NCBI RefSeq assembly: GCF_902459465.1
Contig: NW_022985702.1
Location: forward strand, 62,001-126,000
Direction of reading: 5' to 3'
DNA length: 64,000 bases
Source of the DNA: Asterias rubens
Taxonomy: Eukaryota
The notes under the pieces: model-generated
What the model was told of the DNA's origin: nothing
The model's database searches: none
What the model saw: the letters and a program-made list of their open reading frames with translations, nothing else
Program-made: the position numbers and the translations under genes
Shown here: in pieces, positions 60,879-64,000 of the stretch
Layout of the letters: each line of letters starts with the position of its first letter
Numbering within the stretch: the stretch's first letter is position 1

Positions 60879-62379
60879 TAACTACTAAAACTTTCCCCAC
60901 ATACTCAATATACATTCATAATGCTTGAATTCCTTTTTGTTGAGTGAAATTAAAAAACATTGTCAAAAAATAAAATTTTCTGCTCGGTACTCACTGTTTT
61001 TTTTATTTTTTTTTTATTTTACGTTTTGAAATTGTGATACATATAAAAACGGAAATTTGAGACTTAAATCAGACTATGCCTGCCTTTTTTGCAAGGGGGG
61101 GGGGTCAGAATTTTCTGTTTCTTTATGTTTTAATAAAAAAGTGCTGTTATGTTTTTTTTAATAGATTTTTGGTCTGAGAGAGGGGGGGGGGGGCTGCGGT
61201 GACCCCTTTTCCTTCACAAACAAAAATTCAGGCTCTGAAGGAAAGAGCCACTGGCATCCCTGAATTATAAAAGGAAAATCAACTTAAAACAGCTGCATCT
61301 TTAAAACTAATGTAGGCCTACACAAAGGCTTTCAACAAAATTTGCAGATGATGATGAGTGTGACGAGCTCTATCAAAATAAGGTATAATCCCCACTGTTG
61401 TTCATTTTTTTTTGGATATTCATAATGCAACCCATGAATTAATTTTTTGTGTTAATAATGATCAAACAACAATCCTTTCTAAAATTTTGAGAAAATTACA
61501 ACAACCTGTTTTGAAAAACCTTTCGTGAGATAAAGTAATTTTTCGTCTGCCTGGTGGTGTTGTACGTTTCCTAGTAAAAACATGAAATAGATTGTTTTTG
61601 TCTCTTAAAGATCTTTTTAGTTTTCTATCCCTTTTTCTGTAATTTCTTAAAGCTGGAGCGTACAGACTATACTGGAGCAGATGTGTTATAGATGCGTGAC
61701 ATCAGCGTGGTAACTTGATTCCAAGTTACATCTGAGTTTTTACCACTTGCTGCTGGGCGCGCTCAAGATTATATTAATTGTGATTTATGCTGTCTGAAAT
61801 ATCATATTTGACGAGAAATTGCATTTTGAGTTTGTATTATTGAGCGTTTTATTAACTTTTGTTTTGGCATCGAAACAATGCAAAATTTGTTATCAATTGT
61901 TTAACTTTTCTTTGTGACCATGATGGCCGATTGATCTCAAACTTTTACATGTTTATCAGTTTATGTAAATGATGGCTTACACTGCCAGCAACTTTTTTGC
62001 TAGCCAAACCAATTCTGTAATGTTACTTTAAGCTAAGCAATAGTGGTTGTTTGTGGAAACTTTCTGATGGATATTTCACTAAGAAATAGAAGAAAAAAAA
62101 TGAACACTACAGACTCTGCAAAAACAAAGTCTGAATACTGGCCCATTTGCTGTGTCATATCTTTTTTACAAACGTATTAGAGATATTACTTACAAACACT
62201 TTTCAGCCCATCAGTTTGCTGCCTTCATTTTTTGAGTGGGTGTGGGTGAAATCTTCTTCACTTAGGTAGGCTACAATGTAGTTCACTGACACACTCCACA
62301 CCAATTTGTGTGAGGTATGCAAGGAATAGTGTAAGGTGCTGCTCTTTGATGTTTGGTTAAACATCTACTATTTGATCTT

Positions 62380-62825
62380 TGAGTTCTTGTGCTGTGAAAT
62401 CGGAATCACTATCACTGCCTTCTAATAGCGGACCCTCCATTGTACACTCTGGAAATGCATAAGCTAACCTTTCATAAAAACTGAGGGCATAAACATCCAT
62501 TGACAAGTATTGTGATTTTGTTAATAATTCAACTAAATTCGATGGCTCGCGCCGGTTTGGATGCGTTTTTGTTTCCTCCGAGTTTTGTAGATTTGGTAGC
62601 TACTTTTTCTTCTTCAGATTCACCACTGGATGATGGATCCATTATTTTAATTCCTCTCTGGATGGATTCCTTGCAATTGTGTTTGCGTTTATCTATGGCA
62701 GACTCTAGCTTAGATGATCGATGTCTTGTGCAGAGTTCTCGTATGGCCATGCGGTCTCCCATGCATAGGAACTGTCCAAGCTCGGCGTTGTCTGCACCCA
62801 TTCTGCTAACAACCTCCATGTCGAT
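62380..62825 (-). pseudogene. Second, divergent fragment of the SAM-like/HECT-type gene family (N-terminal exon)
   Basis: ttttcag|IDMEVVSRMGADNAELGQFLCMGDRMAIRELC...KLGGNKNASKPARAIEF parallels IDADTIGMMDDDTLKTFIPLLGDRIAVRSFC...KLKGNSNARKDVRKIDI at 44441. Confidence 0.65.
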
Positions 62826-64000
62826 CTGAAAATATACATGGTTCAACACTGTTAACCATGCTGGACAAATAATAGTCTGGGCAGATTCATTTATGCATTT
62901 GTTGTGTTATTACTCAACTAAATAACAATTGCTATTGGTAAATAATAATAAGTATTTAGCATTGTGCATTTTCTGAATGGAATTAACATTTTCTTGTTTA
63001 CTTTTTGCAACAATACAGAAGTTTTCTTTCTGGCTCTATGCTATACGCTATTTTATTAGTCATCTGGAAAAAGTACGGTTCTTGAACTCGATAGGCGTGC
63101 AATACGAACAGAGATTATCTTGTGACCTATCCTTACAGAATCCAGGTTAGTCAAACAATTGCTAGTTAGTTCCCCGGTGTTTTGTTAATTAATTTTTTTT
63201 CCGGTATTATTTAGTGCGCCATTTTTTGAGGTTGCAATACATACGTGTAGACTAGACATGTTTGCACTCTGTCATTTAAATTAAAACTAATTGACTATGT
63301 TCTGGAAGGTGAAACTCCCATTAGAGGCCATTCATAATAGTCAATGTTAAAAAATATACTCTATACACTTAAGAACAAAGTAATGCCTCAAATGATGCAG
63401 ATTTATAAGGTCAAAGGACTCCATCATGAGTAGTTTTTAATAGCTCTTTCTGGCTTAAACAAACAACTTTGTAGTTACAATATGTACCTTAAGACCCTTA
63501 TGACCCATTTCAGTTAACTGTTCAGTAACGACGAGCGGACACCACAGGTCTTCCCCGTTAACAAATGAGGCCATCTGCTTTCTTGTGTTTCATCAGTTGA
63601 AATGCGCTAGAAAACGGTGAGTCACACCCTTCAAAAATGCAGATGTGTCAATCACTTTGTCTCTTTCTTGTGTGACAAATCAGGGAGTGCCTATCACTGA
63701 CGTCGGAGGCTAAGGAACCAGCGCTGTCGTTGCCCAGGCTCTCTTGACTTGAAAAATATTCTTGACAAAACTCTGAGACATTGCATTTCCTACACCAGGA
63801 AGATTGACATGCCGCAGGTCAGTCATGGCTTCAGGTCGTTAGGGCAAGATGGGGAAAACAGTTTTTATTGACCCCCCCCCCCCACAGTCTAATAATGAAG
63901 TTGAACACAACCTCTCGAAGATTTGCTGCAGCTGATGGTAACTTTCTCTGCAGGGCCTCGAGTACCTTCTGATAGTCCTTTTTTTGACGGCGTGACATCA

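Noticed and set aside
42810-64000. Right TIR of the Polinton
   Set aside because: No (CA)nCT end or inverted copy of the 25690-25945 repeats seen; a TSD cannot be called.

Overview
Metazoan genomic DNA: AT-rich, with spliced genes inside transposons and no prokaryotic features. TTAA-ended MITEs and a tRNA-derived SINE suggest an echinoderm such as a sea star (inference from recalled repeat style, not a database hit). No conserved host gene is recognisable; the window is a stack of nested mobile elements. In order: (1) the 5' part of a Penelope-like retroelement ORF; (2) a CACTA/EnSpm element (6713-16782, CCCAG termini, AT TSD) with a transposase, a DUF4806-like gene and a Gypsy LTR-gag fragment, itself inside an intron of a BEN-domain gene of a second CACTA-like element whose transposase is at 18228-21275; (3) an unexplained array of seven covarying 40-42-nt hairpins (22334-25255); (4) a decayed Polinton/Maverick (about 25658-42810) with integrase, minor and major capsid, adenain protease, ATPase and protein-primed PolB, plus a left-end cassette of four kB-like+CRE-like repeats, a Death-domain ORF, a PC4 domain and a three-exon acidic/Zn-motif gene; (5) a DIRS1-type tyrosine-recombinase retrotransposon inserted cleanly into the Polinton polB (35986-40440); (6) a SAM-like/HECT-like pseudogene, two more DIRS derivatives, a Harbinger MITE, a Zator-type element and several MITEs. 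Best candidates for undescribed biology: the Polinton kB/CRE-repeat plus Death-domain module, and the hairpin array. All domain calls are by-eye motif recognition; no searches were run.
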